This document shows positions 13,190 to 24,600 of a stretch of 64,000 nucleotides of DNA, one piece after another. The translations under genes were made by a program, and so were the position numbers. The first letter of the stretch is position 1. Each line of letters begins with the position of its first letter. This DNA comes from Lama guanicoe. Taxonomy: Eukaryota. A model generated the notes under the pieces. It searched no databases, was not told the origin of the DNA, and saw only the letters and a list, made by a program, of their open reading frames with translations. Location of the stretch: assembly GCA_013239625.1 (NCBI GenBank), contig MU054413.1:1364001-1428000 (forward strand). Reading direction: 5' to 3'.

Positions 13190-13220
13190 CTGCCACCTTG
13201 TGGTAGAAGCTAGGCACTGC
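13190..13220 (-). promoter_or_regulatory. Strong candidate CTCF site with upstream (U) motif
   Basis: Minus strand GCAGTGCC-N9-CCACAAGGTGGCAG: near-consensus core plus ZF9-11-type upstream module. Confidence 0.7.
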
Positions 13221-13595
13221 GCCATCCTTATCTGCCAGGTAAGGATTTACGCTCATCATCAGATCATTGCTGCTTCCCCGCCTCTATTTCTCTTCATTTA
13301 GCTTATATGACAGTACAGATAGTAATGATATTTACTGGAATGGGAAAAATAATCCAAGAGGCAGTTTGGTGGGAGGGAGAGTAAACTTGTATTTGAGTAA
13401 ATTGAACTAAGAGTGTCTCTAACAGGGAAAATGGCAGAAATTCTTCCAATTTCGTGGTAAGGGGAAAGATAGAAATAAACAAGGCATACTGCTTCGTTGT
13501 TGAATTTATTTCCCAATCTGGAAAACTCACAAAATCCCCTTACTTTTGAGAGAAAATATAGACATAGTTTAGGTCATAATTAATTTATATTTTCT

Positions 13596-13779
13596 TTTTT
13601 TAATATATATATATATTTTAATTGAAGTATGGTCAGTTTACAGTTGTCAATTTCTGGTGTACAGCACAATGCTTCAGCCATACGTGAACATACATAGATT
13701 CATTTTCATATTCTTTTTCACCATTCGTTACTACAAGTTATTGGATATAGTTCCCTGTGCTGTACAGTATGAACTTGTT
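13596..13779 (-). mobile_element. 5'-truncated young L1 3' end with TSD
   Basis: 'attgaagtatggtcagtttacagttgtc...ttccctgtgctgtacagta' flanked by attaatttatattttct repeats starting at 13579 and 13780. Confidence 0.8.
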
Positions 13780-15611
13780 ATTAATTTATATTTTCTTTTT
13801 TGCTAATCAAACAGGCACATAGCCCCTCCTCTTCCCAGGAAAACCGTCCCAGGGAGGAGGCTGAGCTGCTCCCTGGAAGGGCGGGATGGCGTGCTGGAGG
13901 GTTGGTTGGAAGGAGGAAGGGGAGGGGCCCTGCACACAGTGTCCACAGGGGACTCAAGGTCCCGAAAGGCAGAAAAACCTAAAGGTGATGAGGCTCCCTA
14001 AACCCGTTCCATGAGTGAGATGCGGGAGTGTGGGTAGACTTGGGGCTTCTGAACAAACAGCTTCAGGCGGGGCGCTGGTCGTTCCCCCAGGGTGGTGGGG
14101 GCTGTCAGCCCCTCTCATCTCCTGCTGACCCAGCCCAGGCTGGAGCCGACCCTCCCTGCTCCAGGTGGACCTGGGGATGCAGGGCTTGTGTTAACGCCGT
14201 CCTCCACCCTGCCCAGCCAGCCTGCCTGCCTCCCCTCCTCTCCTCTGAGCACAGGTTGGGGCGTGATCCGTCCGGGGACACTGGCTGGGCTTCTTCAGCC
14301 TCCTCTCACCTTCCAGCCCTTCTCTGTCTCGGGGTCTGGGGGGTCATCTCCCCTCTCTTCTCACTGTGTTCCCTTGTACCTCCTCAGGGACTTAGTGTCT
14401 CTGACGGTGATGTGAAGGGCAGGTCCCCAATGAAGACAATTTAAAGATCCCTGGGCCATGGGGGCAGAGTCAGAATCTCTGGGCCCCGGTCCCCCTCGCC
14501 TTCCTGGCCACCCACTCAGTCTGCGTGTGAGCCTGGCTCAGGCCCTGGATTTCCCCTCCCGGCCCCCACTCCAGGGCCTAAGCCAAGGGCCCTGTGCGGG
14601 CGCTGGAGTGAGGCCAAGTGGCGTCTCGTCTCCACAACACCTGGCATCGTGGTCTAGGAAACAGTGTTGTGCGAAGGCTGCCTCCCCTCCCCTCCCCACC
14701 TCACCAGGTTTTGCGAAATGACTGCCCCGCCTCTGACTGTGTGGACTCCTTGTGAGCCATAGTTATGTGGTCTGATTCCCTGCATTGCAAGGCTGAGAGC
14801 CAGGTCCTGGTCTGCAGGGACCCAGATGCTGTTTTCATGGCCACCCCCCTCCCGACACCCTCCCCAGCCCGTAGGGCTTGGCGCCTCCTCCCCTCAGCTC
14901 CAAGGGATTGGCTTTCAGGCTCCCTGCCTCCGCGGGGCTGGGAGCAGCTGTCCGTGTTCATCCTCAGACCTTCTGTAGTGCCCTTGATCACCCTGCAACC
15001 ATCTCCACTTCTCTTTAGGGCAACAGGCCCACCCACGTCTGTGCACCTTCCACACCTTGTCCCTGAAGCGCTGACTCTGGAGATGCAGATGGACGTCCAG
15101 GGATGGGAACCCCCGTGTTGGCGTCTCAAACTCAGATGCCCACAGGCTTTGCGTGGAACACACGAGCTGCCGCTGATGGGAGATCATGTGCCCCAGGCAG
15201 AGGGCAGAGCCACCCTGAGCCAATCCTGGAAACTCCTCCGGCTGGTGGGGATGGGGCCTCATCTTCAGGTGTCTGGAGTTTTAAATAGATTGTCCTGATT
15301 TTTCGATGTTGGCAGCTAAGCAACGAACGAGTGGCTAGCTGTGTTTGACCAGAGAGTGCTGGTGGCAGCTCTCAGGGAGCGCTTCACGTGCACCGGGTAA
15401 CACTCTGGTCCTTTCTGCATGGTCAGGTCACTGCTACTGTTGTCACACCTCACCGGTAGGCAAACAAACACCCAGGAAGAGTAATTCACTTGCAAGAGAC
15501 CATGATTTAATAGGTGGCTGTCTGAACACCGTCCGCCTAGGTTGAGCCTCCACAAGTAAAGCCGGGCCTTTCAGCCCTTTCTATGTAAGACTCTGGGTCC
15601 TAACAGCTGTT

Positions 15612-15617
15612 TTTAAT
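15612..15617 (-). terminator. Candidate RGR polyadenylation signal (ATTAAA); second candidate at 15506-15511
   Basis: tttaat on + strand, ~390 nt downstream of the RGR stop. Confidence 0.35.
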
Positions 15618-16000
15618 GAGCAACGTCTATGTGTGTGGTGCGTACACGTTAGCATGTTCCAGCCTCACAGCAGACCCGGGGTCTGTGTTACTATCCTTAT
15701 GCTAGGGGTCAGGAAGCTCAGTTCAGAGAGCGTGGCTTTCCCAAGATCTCTCAGCCTCTGTGTGGAGGGCTGTGACCAGCACACAGCGCTGTCTGGCTCT
15801 GAAGCCCCAGCTCCTTCCACGCAGCCTGGTTTCTCTCTGAATCCCCTGTGTCCGGCCCAGGGCCAGGCTCAACGAGCCATCCGGGATGGTGGATGAGTGT
15901 CTGGAGCCTGGCTGGCAGGATCCCGGGGGCAGCGTCCAGTGTGGGGCTCAGCCCAGGGTGGCCGGGGTAGGCCTGGGTCTGAGCAGCCCCCCGGAGAGGC

Positions 16001-16132
16001 TCACTGCTCTCGGTCCCGCTCTCTCCTCTGTGGCGAGAGGCACTGCCAGATTCCCCTGTGCACTATCTCACTGCCCAGGGCGTAGTTGATGGCGTTGACC
16101 GTGGGCACTGTTTTGGCGATGAGAGCAGGCAC
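16001..16132 (-). CDS. RGR: RGR opsin exon 7 (TM7 with chromophore Lys255; stop TGA)
   Basis: caacag|GTG; VPALIAKTVPTVNAINYALGSEIVHRGIWQCLSPQRRERDREQ*; 132 nt, spliced CDS totals 876 nt. Confidence 0.97.
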   Translation of the reverse strand: MPALIAKTVPTVNAINYALGSEIVHRGIWQCLSPQRRERDREQ

Positions 16133-16569
16133 CTGTTGTGACAGAAGAGTCCAGGAGAGAAGTTCAGAGCCTCCTCTCCTCTCTCTGGTCCCAACTGGTG
16201 TCACAGCCCCCGACCCCCACCCTGACATCCCCTCAGCCGCCAAGCATCTGTCCGTGGCTTGATTCCACAGCCTCTAAGCCTTCTCTGACTAGCTGGCAAG
16301 TGACACGTGGAGCCACACTCCTCCCCAGGCACCGGTCTCAGCCCCTGGCCCCAGAGTGTACATGTCACCATCTGGCTGGCTGTCCTTGCCATCTCACGTG
16401 AGGCCTAGACAGTGGCGCTGTGTGGCCAGAGGAGCAAGCAAATACCCAGTGCGTTATGAGCATTCAAAGGACAAGAGAAAGAGAGAAGCTACCAGGGAGG
16501 CCATAAAGCCAGGAAAAAAGGATGAGCGAAACGGAGACACAAAGACAGAGTAGACTCAGCTTTGGGTAC

Positions 16570-16683
16570 CATCTGCAGCTTGAGGGGGATGGAGGTCACG
16601 TCCGCGATGGCTGCGTACAGGTACAGGAGGGCGTAGGGGCCCCAGCAGAGCAGCAGCGTCCTGGCCGGCAGAATGGTGTTCAC
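16570..16683 (-). CDS. RGR: RGR exon 6 (114 nt, phase 0-0)
   Basis: ccccag|GTG...CAGATG|gtaccc; VNTILPARTLLLCWGPYALLYLYAAIADVTSIPLKLQM. Confidence 0.96.
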
Positions 16684-18009
16684 CTGGGGAAACACGGGTG
16701 CAGGAGGGAGGTGTCGAGATGCTCTGGGTGGCTGGCAGCCCCACGAGGCCTGGGGACAAAGTCGGCACCCTGCGGGGCTGTGGGAAGATGCTGAGGAACC
16801 TGGGGCCAGAAGAGTCTCTCTTCTGTTTAAAATGTGTGACCCTAGGCCTCTCATTCTAGCTGACTTGACCTCATTTGCCTTGCCTGTAAAGTGGTCTGAT
16901 AATGCCTGACTTGCCTGGAGGCAGGGACTGGGGTGGATAATGAGCTTCCTTCCTGGTCTGAGCTCTGGGGCTCCGTAAGTGTGTCTGAGTGTGTCCCCAG
17001 GCTGAGCTGCCCTCACAGCTCCGTCCCAGAACCAGCTTGCCATCAGCAGCTGCAGCCACTGGCCTGTCAACCTGTCCTGTGTTCCAAGGGGCCACTTCCC
17101 ACCTTGTGAGATAAAAGCAGGCAGCAGGCGATGTGGTACCACCTGTGGCCACAGGAGGGCGCACGGCTTGCGCTCTAATTTCAGGATGGAAATTGCTAGC
17201 TAGGTTCCCGCTCCCCCCACACACTCAGATGTTAAAATTCTGACGCTAAAAATCAGTGACTATTTTCTTATTCACCATGTCGCCCTGTAACAAAGATGAT
17301 GACTTAAGCTCGCAGCTGAAGTCCCTGCGACAATGCGTGGCGACCTCTGCTGATGCTACTGGAACGGATGGTTTAAAGTCAACCGGGAAAAATGAGAAAA
17401 TCCGTGCGACAGCCTTGTCTCTTGGTTGCTTGAACCTCCAATAGGTGTGGCGACTCTGAACACCCAGGCAGCGCTTGGGGCGGGCCCTGCGCGAAGCACC
17501 ACCGACAAGGCAGTGGCGATGAGCTGCAAAGCACCGAGCCGGAACCCGGGGGACGCGAGATGAGATTCTGGTCCCAGCACAGCCCCCGCCCTCGTTCTGT
17601 GACTGAAGGGAACCTGGGTCTCCAGCTAAAATCGATTTGCACAGCACTTTTCCAATTCATTGGAAAAAATGTGGCAGATTAGGTGTCTCAACAGAGAGAG
17701 TATTTCTTTTATGCACTATGATTGCCCACGTGGGTGGTTGGAGTCCCAGTCCTGGGTTTGATCCAACTCTGCTATTTCTAATTATTGTAAGTCTGAGCAG
17801 TTCTGATCCTTCCTCCCAGATCTGGGCGATCCCCAGCAACGGGAGGGAGTGTTCCTGCCCTAACACCCCGTCTCCATGTTATGAAAGCTGCATTTTTTCT
17901 CATCATTGAAAACACAGAAAATCCCCTGATTGCTGTCACATCATTCACGTTCCCTGGTGTCCCTGAGAGGGACAAAGAGATTTCTCCTGCTCTAGGAGTC
18001 GGTCCTTAC

Positions 18010-18127
18010 CGGGAGACGGCCAGCCTTCCCGAGTTTCTGTTCCATGAGCCGATAGGATATGACTGTGATGAAGACGGGCAGGAGGAAGTTGAAAAAGGCC
18101 ATGGTGAAGAGGAAGCTGGTGAAATTT
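18010..18127 (-). CDS. RGR: RGR exon 5 (118 nt)
   Basis: ctgcag|A...CCG|gtaagg; NFTSFLFTMAFFNFLLPVFITVISYRLMEQKLGKAGRLP. Confidence 0.96.
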
Positions 18128-18835
18128 CTGCAGACGGGAGAGACGAGGAAAGATGGCCTCTTAGAGGTGATCAGCTGCCCCAGAAAGCCCACCAGCCTTA
18201 GCTCTAGACAGTCAGATTCGGGGAACTGGCCCCATCAGATGAGTGTTCAGAATGTGGGTCCTCCCGGGTCCCAGCCGAACTCCCCTCGGAGCCGGACACG
18301 TGCTCCACGCTGGGCGGGGCCATCATGTATTTACTCTGGTCTCTCCAGCGTTTGGTCCAGGGACTGGATCATAGTAGACACTCAGGGAGTTCAGAGGACT
18401 GAACTCTACACCAAGGAGGGTCCACCCAATGCAAAGACCTTAACGTTCTCTGAATCTATCCAGCCAAGGATACGGCTCCCTGTAGAAGGTGATGAGTCAG
18501 AGATGGGACAGCCGACTGTGCCGAAGATGACAGAGGGTCATGGGGCTCAGCCACTGTTACAACTGACACAGGCCAGTGGCTCCCTGAATAGTACCCCTTC
18601 TTGGGCCCAACTCTGCACCCCAGTTTACATAACATTCCCATCACTTGGCTAGTCTCCAGAATAGGCTGTCCTCAGTCCCACTGTCAGCTTGCATGGGGGC
18701 ACCATGACTGAGGAGTTGAGACGGGCAAATGTGGACATGTCCCTATTTGGATTTTCAGCTGACATTGTTGTCCTACAGGCTCAAAGCCAAGATTCCCGTC
18801 GGAAGGGAGCCTCAAAGCTGCTCTCCCCACCTCAC

Positions 18836-18989
18836 CTGTCCCCCTTGGAATAGTCCAGGGTGCAGCATGTCCCCAGCGGCTCGTAGTCATAGTGGCCCCA
18901 GCCCAGGAGGGGCAGTGCTGCCCAGCAGGTGGAAGACAGCCACACAAAGAACACCAGGGAGACGGCTGTGTTCCAGTCCAGTCGGCTGC
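18836..18989 (-). CDS. RGR: RGR exon 4 (154 nt)
   Basis: atgcag|GC...GACAG|gtgagg; SRLDWNTAVSLVFFVWLSSTCWAALPLLGWGHYDYEPLGTCCTLDYSKGD. Confidence 0.96.
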
Positions 18990-19700
18990 CTGCATGGGAC
19001 ACGGGAGGAGGCTGATTGAGAGGAGGGGGTATCTCGGCAGAGTAGGGAAAAAATGGACTCCCTGGTCACACAGAATGTCCCTAAATCCCAGCTCTGATGC
19101 TTAATACTGCAATGCCTCAGGCAAGTTAGGAGTTTCTCTGAGCCTCAATGTTCTCCTTCACAAAATGGAAATGATAATCCCTGCCTCAGACAACTGCGAT
19201 GAAGAAAAAAAGAGATGATGGATGGTGAAGGTCTCCTAGAGACACTCTATACCACGTTTAGAAGAGACAGGTGTGCTTCTCAAAGCCAAACTGGGGAAGA
19301 AATATAGACAGTGGTCCAGGTGATGAGTGTTCAGAACACTGAGGATGGGGGATGGGGGCAGAATTTGGGACTTACCACCATCTCCAGCTCTTGCTCGGAA
19401 GCAGGTCACTGTCTCTGTTTCCAAGATACCCTCTGAGAACTCGACTTTGGGGTTGGGGCCCCATCTCAGTGCCAACGGCAGAAGCTGGGTCCCAACAGCA
19501 TCTTTTGGTGTGACCAGTCCCACTGACCCGACCTCCTCCACGATCTTTCCACCTATGCCCTTGACAGCCTCATCCAGCCCTTCTCATCCAGTGCTTCACA
19601 GTGCCTTTCCCAGGTGCCTCCTCTGTCTGGGGGTTTTCTGGTCCTGCTCCTTTGTAGACAAGACCCCAAGGCAGATGGAATTTGCTTGGATGTGTCCCCC

Positions 19701-20045
19701 TGCTATGATTGAATGTTTATGTCCCCCCCACCCCCGTTTATATGTTGAAGTCCTAATCCCGGAGTCATGGTATTCGGGGGTGGGGCCTTGGGGAGGTAAT
19801 TAGGTCATGAGGGTGGAGTTGCCACGGTGGGATTAGTGCCCTTATAAGAAGAGGCTCAGAGAGATGATCTCACTCTCCTCCACGGGAGCACACATCCGCA
19901 AGTCAGGAAGAGAGCCCTCCTCAGAGCCCAGCCGTGCGGGCACCCTGATCTCAGGCTTCCAGCCTCCAGCACCGTGAGAGATCCATTTCTGTTGTGTACG
20001 CTGCCCAGGCTAGGGTATTTTGTTTCTGCAGCCTGAGCAGACAGC
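19701..20045 (+). mobile_element. MaLR LTR (MLT1A-like)
   Basis: 'tgctatgattgaatgtttatgtccc...ggaggtaattaggtcatgagggtggag...gattagtgcccttataagaagagg'. Confidence 0.75.
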
Positions 20046-20309
20046 AACCTCCTGCTCCCCCAGCCGTGGGCAAAATAGTGAATATCCACCTTGACCAATG
20101 TGTTGTCTTTGCAGCTTTGGAAACTGATGACTAAGGTGGCATGCCCAAGGTCACCCACTAATGGACATGAGCTCACACCCTGTTCCCCTTTCCCTCTTTT
20201 CCTGCTGCCCCTCTGTGCCCTCCAGCACAGAAGGGCTCTGATCTGGAGGCCCCTGGGACAGGGATTAACTGCTCTATACTAAGGCAAAGAGCCTTCTGTT
20301 TTCTAAGGA

Positions 20310-20380
20310 GGTGTGCATTCATGTGTGCACATGTGAGAGTGTGTGTGTGCGCGTGTGCGTGCGTGCACGTGCATGTGTGA
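20310..20380 (+). repeat. Imperfect (TG/CG)n repeat
   Basis: gtgtgtgtgtgcgcgtgtgcgtgcgtgcacgtgcatgtgtg. Confidence 0.8.
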
Positions 20381-21575
20381 TGGTGCAAGGGAGATTTGGG
20401 GACAGGGCTGGGGCAAAGGTGGAAGAGGAGGTCCAAGGTCAGGTGGGGTGGGAGGGGCTAACCTGCCCGATAGGAGTTAGGATAAGAATGAAGGCATTTT
20501 TTTGTTGTTGTTGTTGTTGCCCTGGAAGGAAGTATGTGACTTTGTTGAGGGCAGGGGGCTGTGTGTGTCTGCGGCAAGGACAGATCTGTGATTCCAAAGG
20601 AGTGATGCTCAGGGCTTGAGGCCATGCTAGCCCTGGACCCCAGAGTCGCCTCCGTGCTAGGTAGGTCCACAGTTCGAGACTCAGAGCCCAGGAGACAAAA
20701 GGAGAGACTCCCTGTGGAGGCACCCAGGCCATGCCCAATCCCAGCCCTACCCCAATAGCTGTGTGACCTGGGACAAGCTACTTAACTTCTCTGAGCCTCT
20801 GCTTCCCAGTCTGCAGACTGAGCATTTGCTGTGAGTGGTGACTGAGCCACGGGCCCCCGGAGCAGGTTTACACATCTCTGTGGAGAGTGGCATTCTAGGT
20901 GGTCTACAGGTAAACATGTTTTTTATTTTAATGTGTATTAAAATTATAGGGACATTAAAGTTGTGATTTCACAAATTTTTTTAGAATAAGACTAAAGCGA
21001 GGTATTTAAATTTTTAAAAATGAGTCACTTTAAAAAAAAGTCAGGTAGATAACAGCGCAGGTGGTACACTGATATAGCTAATTATGAAGATGGGATTTGA
21101 CAATACAGCTTGGAAAATCTAGAGCCAGACTCATTTTCATTAAACCCTTGCATGGCAAAGGCTCTGTGGAAGTGTGAGGTGCAAAGGCACGTGCCCAGTT
21201 ACACACACACACTCACACACATATCTCTCTGCCTCACAACGGTGACTGTCTTCAAGGGTATTTTCTGTATCCATGATCTCATTTGATTTTCAAAATAAAA
21301 CTGTGATTTTGGTTACAAAAATCATCTCCCAGAGGACGAGACTAAGGTTCAGAGAGGACCCCTGACTTGCCTGAGGCAGCAGCAGTGGCACAGGCAGCCT
21401 TCCCAGCAAGTGTCTCAGCACCTCTCTTGCACTGTCCCCCTCTCCCTCCCTTCCTGAGCGTCCACACCCCACACTCATGCACACTTACCCCCATACACAC
21501 TCCCCTGAACTGGGAAATACTGAGCAGACCCTCAGTACGTGGATGTCCTTCCACGGTGGGAACCCAAAGACTCAC

Positions 21576-21697
21576 GGGTGCAGTAGTGGTGATAGCGCCC
21601 CCAGGCGATGGCTGCGCTGCTGCAGATGCTGGCCAACGCCGTCACAAAGCCCTGGAAGCCGTGAGCCTGGCAGCCCTCTGAGCCGTAGGGCCAGCGC
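21576..21697 (-). CDS. RGR: RGR exon 3 (122 nt)
   Basis: ccacag|G...ACCC|gtgagt; RWPYGSEGCQAHGFQGFVTALASICSSAAIAWGRYHHYCT. Confidence 0.97.
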
Positions 21698-22438
21698 CTG
21701 TGGGAGACACGGGGCCCCAGTGACCCCCCCACCGCCACCCCGTCCCTGCCCTCCTCCACGCCTGCAGCTTGGAAGACACCTTCAGATCCTCAGAAAAGGG
21801 CTTTGCAAAGAGGAAACTGGGGCCTCCCCCACCCTGGGCAGGGGCAGGAGGCCACCAGGGCAAGAAGCCCTCCCTGGTTCAGACCCTCCAGGCTGCTCAG
21901 CCCTGAGCATTCACACCCAGGTGGACTCCGGTCTCCACAGGAACGTCCTGTGCTTAGGAAAACAATTCCATAAACACACGTTGGGAGGGCCTGGCTTGCA
22001 CAGAAGGAGATCTTAGACACTTCTCCAAATCTTGACTGCTTTCACAAACACTTACTTAAAGCTTCTTAGAGGCCGAGCATTGTTTTATTTACAAATGATA
22101 AATCAATGCTTCTAACCACCGGAGGAATTAGGTCATAATATCCAACTTATGAAGAAGCTGAGAGGTAGAAATAACAAAGTCAGGATCCCACGCTAGGCAG
22201 CCTGGTGGCAGAGCTCATGTTCTTAATCCCCACCGTCAGCCAGCTCTGTTGCCCAGGTCCGAGCATCTCCTGTGTTCTAGAAATCGGCTGTGGTTCTACA
22301 GGAATAGTCTGGAATTCAGATTTAACCTAGTTCAGCCTGCCCACTCTCTCCCTTACAGTTTACTATAGCGGCCTCTGGCCTGCCACCCAGTGCCCAGGTC
22401 AGGTCCCGGAGCCCAGGGACTGGGGAGGGTGCTGGTAC

Positions 22439-22595
22439 CGGAGGAGGCTGGACGTGGCTGCAACGAGGGCGTTCAGGCTGATCCCGCTGTCCGCCAGGGC
22501 CAGGCTCAGCACCAGCAGGTGGTTGGGAGTCCGCAGCTCCGGGGTCTTGCAGAAAGAGAGGATGGTCAGGCTATTGAGGCTGAGACCGGAGAGAG
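22439..22595 (-). CDS. RGR: RGR exon 2 (157 nt)
   Basis: tttcag|CT...CTCCG|gtacca; LSGLSLNSLTILSFCKTPELRTPNHLLVLSLALADSGISLNALVAATSSLL. Confidence 0.97.
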
Positions 22596-24253
22596 CTGAA
22601 AGGAAGGGTAGAGCTGGCATCGGGGCTGGAGAGGCGCACCTGGGGTCAGAATGAGGGGCCACGGGGTGGATGCAACCTCAGCACCCTCCCCCTTCACACT
22701 CAGCATCCATCTCACTGCAGCTCGTCAAGTACCCACGAGGTGAGCTGGCCCTCCCATACCACAAGCTGTGAGATGTATACCTTGTCCTCCACCAACTCAC
22801 AATCTGATGGGAGGACAGACAAGGAAGAAAACCAATAAAGGGCAGCAGAACATTCATAACATGAGCAGCTGCGAGCACTTGTCACGTGCCAAATCCTCTG
22901 GGTCAGTCTTCATCTGGACGCTTTCCTCTGCATTTACAGCCGAGACACTGTGGCTCAGAGATGCTAGATCCCTAACGCTGAGTATACAGCTAGTAAGTGG
23001 TGGAGCTGGGACTTGAACTCAGATCTTTCAAGTTCCAGAATGCCTTCTCCAGGGGCTATGGGACAACATAGGAGAGCCTTGGAGAGGAGGAGCCAGTGCA
23101 GAGCTGGGAGCTTCCCAGGACAAGGGGGTAGCGAGGTGAACTTGAAGGCTGTCTCCGGTGGCAGACAGACTCGACCTTGAATTTCAGCTTCGTCACTCAC
23201 TTGCTGTCCCTTATGCTCTCCGAGCCTTGGCTTCTCTCAGCTAAAGGGAGGAACGGGGAAGGACCCTGCTTTCCAAATGTAAGCATTTACTAGGAGGACA
23301 GCGTGTGGAAGAGCATTCTCAAAAGAGGGAACAGCATGTGCAAAAACATAAAGTTGTAAACTTTCAAGGCGTGGTTGAGGACCTAGAGGGACGCTAGATG
23401 GTAGGGCTGCCCGTGGAGAGGAAAAGGGGCTGGGGTCACCAGACAGTGGTGTCCAGGCCAACGCCGTCACAAAGCCCTCCAGGCCAGCCTAGTGGCTGCC
23501 ACTCCCTCTCCACTGTCAGTTCTCGTTGGGTGAGGAAATGTGTTGATTATTTCTCCAGATCTGCTTTGAACAAGATCGATGTTCCCTATCAACCTAGTCT
23601 TGGGCCCACTCCGCTCCAGGGTCTACCATCCCAGCTCTGGCCTCAGTGAGCATCTTAGGGATTCTGGGTAGAAGCTCGCACCTCATGGACCCAGGTCGCC
23701 CCTAGAGTGGAAGTGCTTATAGCCGAGGGGATGGAGATGGTGGAGGTCACAGGTGGGGCTGGAGAGGAAGGGAATAAATGAACTTAAATCCCTGGGTGTC
23801 TGTCTATCCTGGTCCCGTCTAACCTTTACCAGGGGGCTTGGAGGATCAGAGAGCTCAAGTGACTTGGTTACAGTCACATAGCCAGCAGGTGGCAGAGCCG
23901 TCTGTCTCCAGAGCCTACCAGGGGGCTGATCCTATACGAGATACTTCGCAGGACTTTCAGGGAGTGGGCTTAACTTTCTCCAGCTGGAGGGATGTGAAAA
24001 GGCTTGCTTCTTGGTCAAGTCCTGGGGAGATATCACCCTCTCAAAGTCTCTGCCTCCCTGACCCTTGCCTGCTTTCTGCCTCTTGGCTCTGAGCCTGTGT
24101 GCTGCATCCCACAGGTACATCCATCAGAAGACCCCATGGGTCAGGCACACAGGAGTAGAGCTTGGGCACCTCTCCTTGCCAACTCCGCAGCTGCGGCCTG
24201 GGTTCTGGGAGCCCGCGGAGTTTCCGCTCCACCCCGGCTCCTGCCTGGCTCAC

Positions 24254-24332
24254 CTTCCACCAGCAGCACCATCCCCACGGCCAGCACCTCCAGCTCCCCG
24301 AAACCGGTGGGCAGGGCCCTGGACTCTGCCAT
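24254..24332 (-). CDS. RGR: RGR exon 1 coding part (79 nt), retinal G protein-coupled receptor / photoisomerase
   Basis: ATG at 24332; MAESRALPTGFGELEVLAVGMVLLVE; donor G|gtgagc. Confidence 0.97.
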
Positions 24333-24389
24333 TCCTGCCTTTCTCCCAGCGGACCCAGCTCTTCTCTGGCTCCCCAAAGCCAGGCCCCT

Positions 24390-24600
24390 CCGTTATAAAG
24401 GGCCATTCCACGTGCTGGCACATGCAGGTTATTATGCTAGACCTTGAGCTCCTTTTCTGCTGCACCCCCACCCCCCCCCAATTGTTCTCTTGGCCCAGGC
24501 TAAAGGAACCCATTCACCAGTCAGACAGTGCAGCCTTTGTGAAGCCTGCACGGAGTCCCGCCTCATTCATTTCAGCCCCATCGGATTAACAACCCGGAAT
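24390..24600 (-). promoter_or_regulatory. RGR proximal promoter
   Basis: TTTATAA (24393-24399, minus), E-boxes CACGTG 24409-24414 and CATGTG 24419-24424, SOX-like AACAAT 24481-24486 and ACAAAG 24535-24540, OTX/CRX TAATCC 24583-24588. Confidence 0.7.

Noticed and set aside
14028-15900. Dense set of 100-177 aa ORFs downstream of RGR
   Set aside because: GC-rich non-coding/3'-flank sequence; no domain similarity or coherent exon structure.
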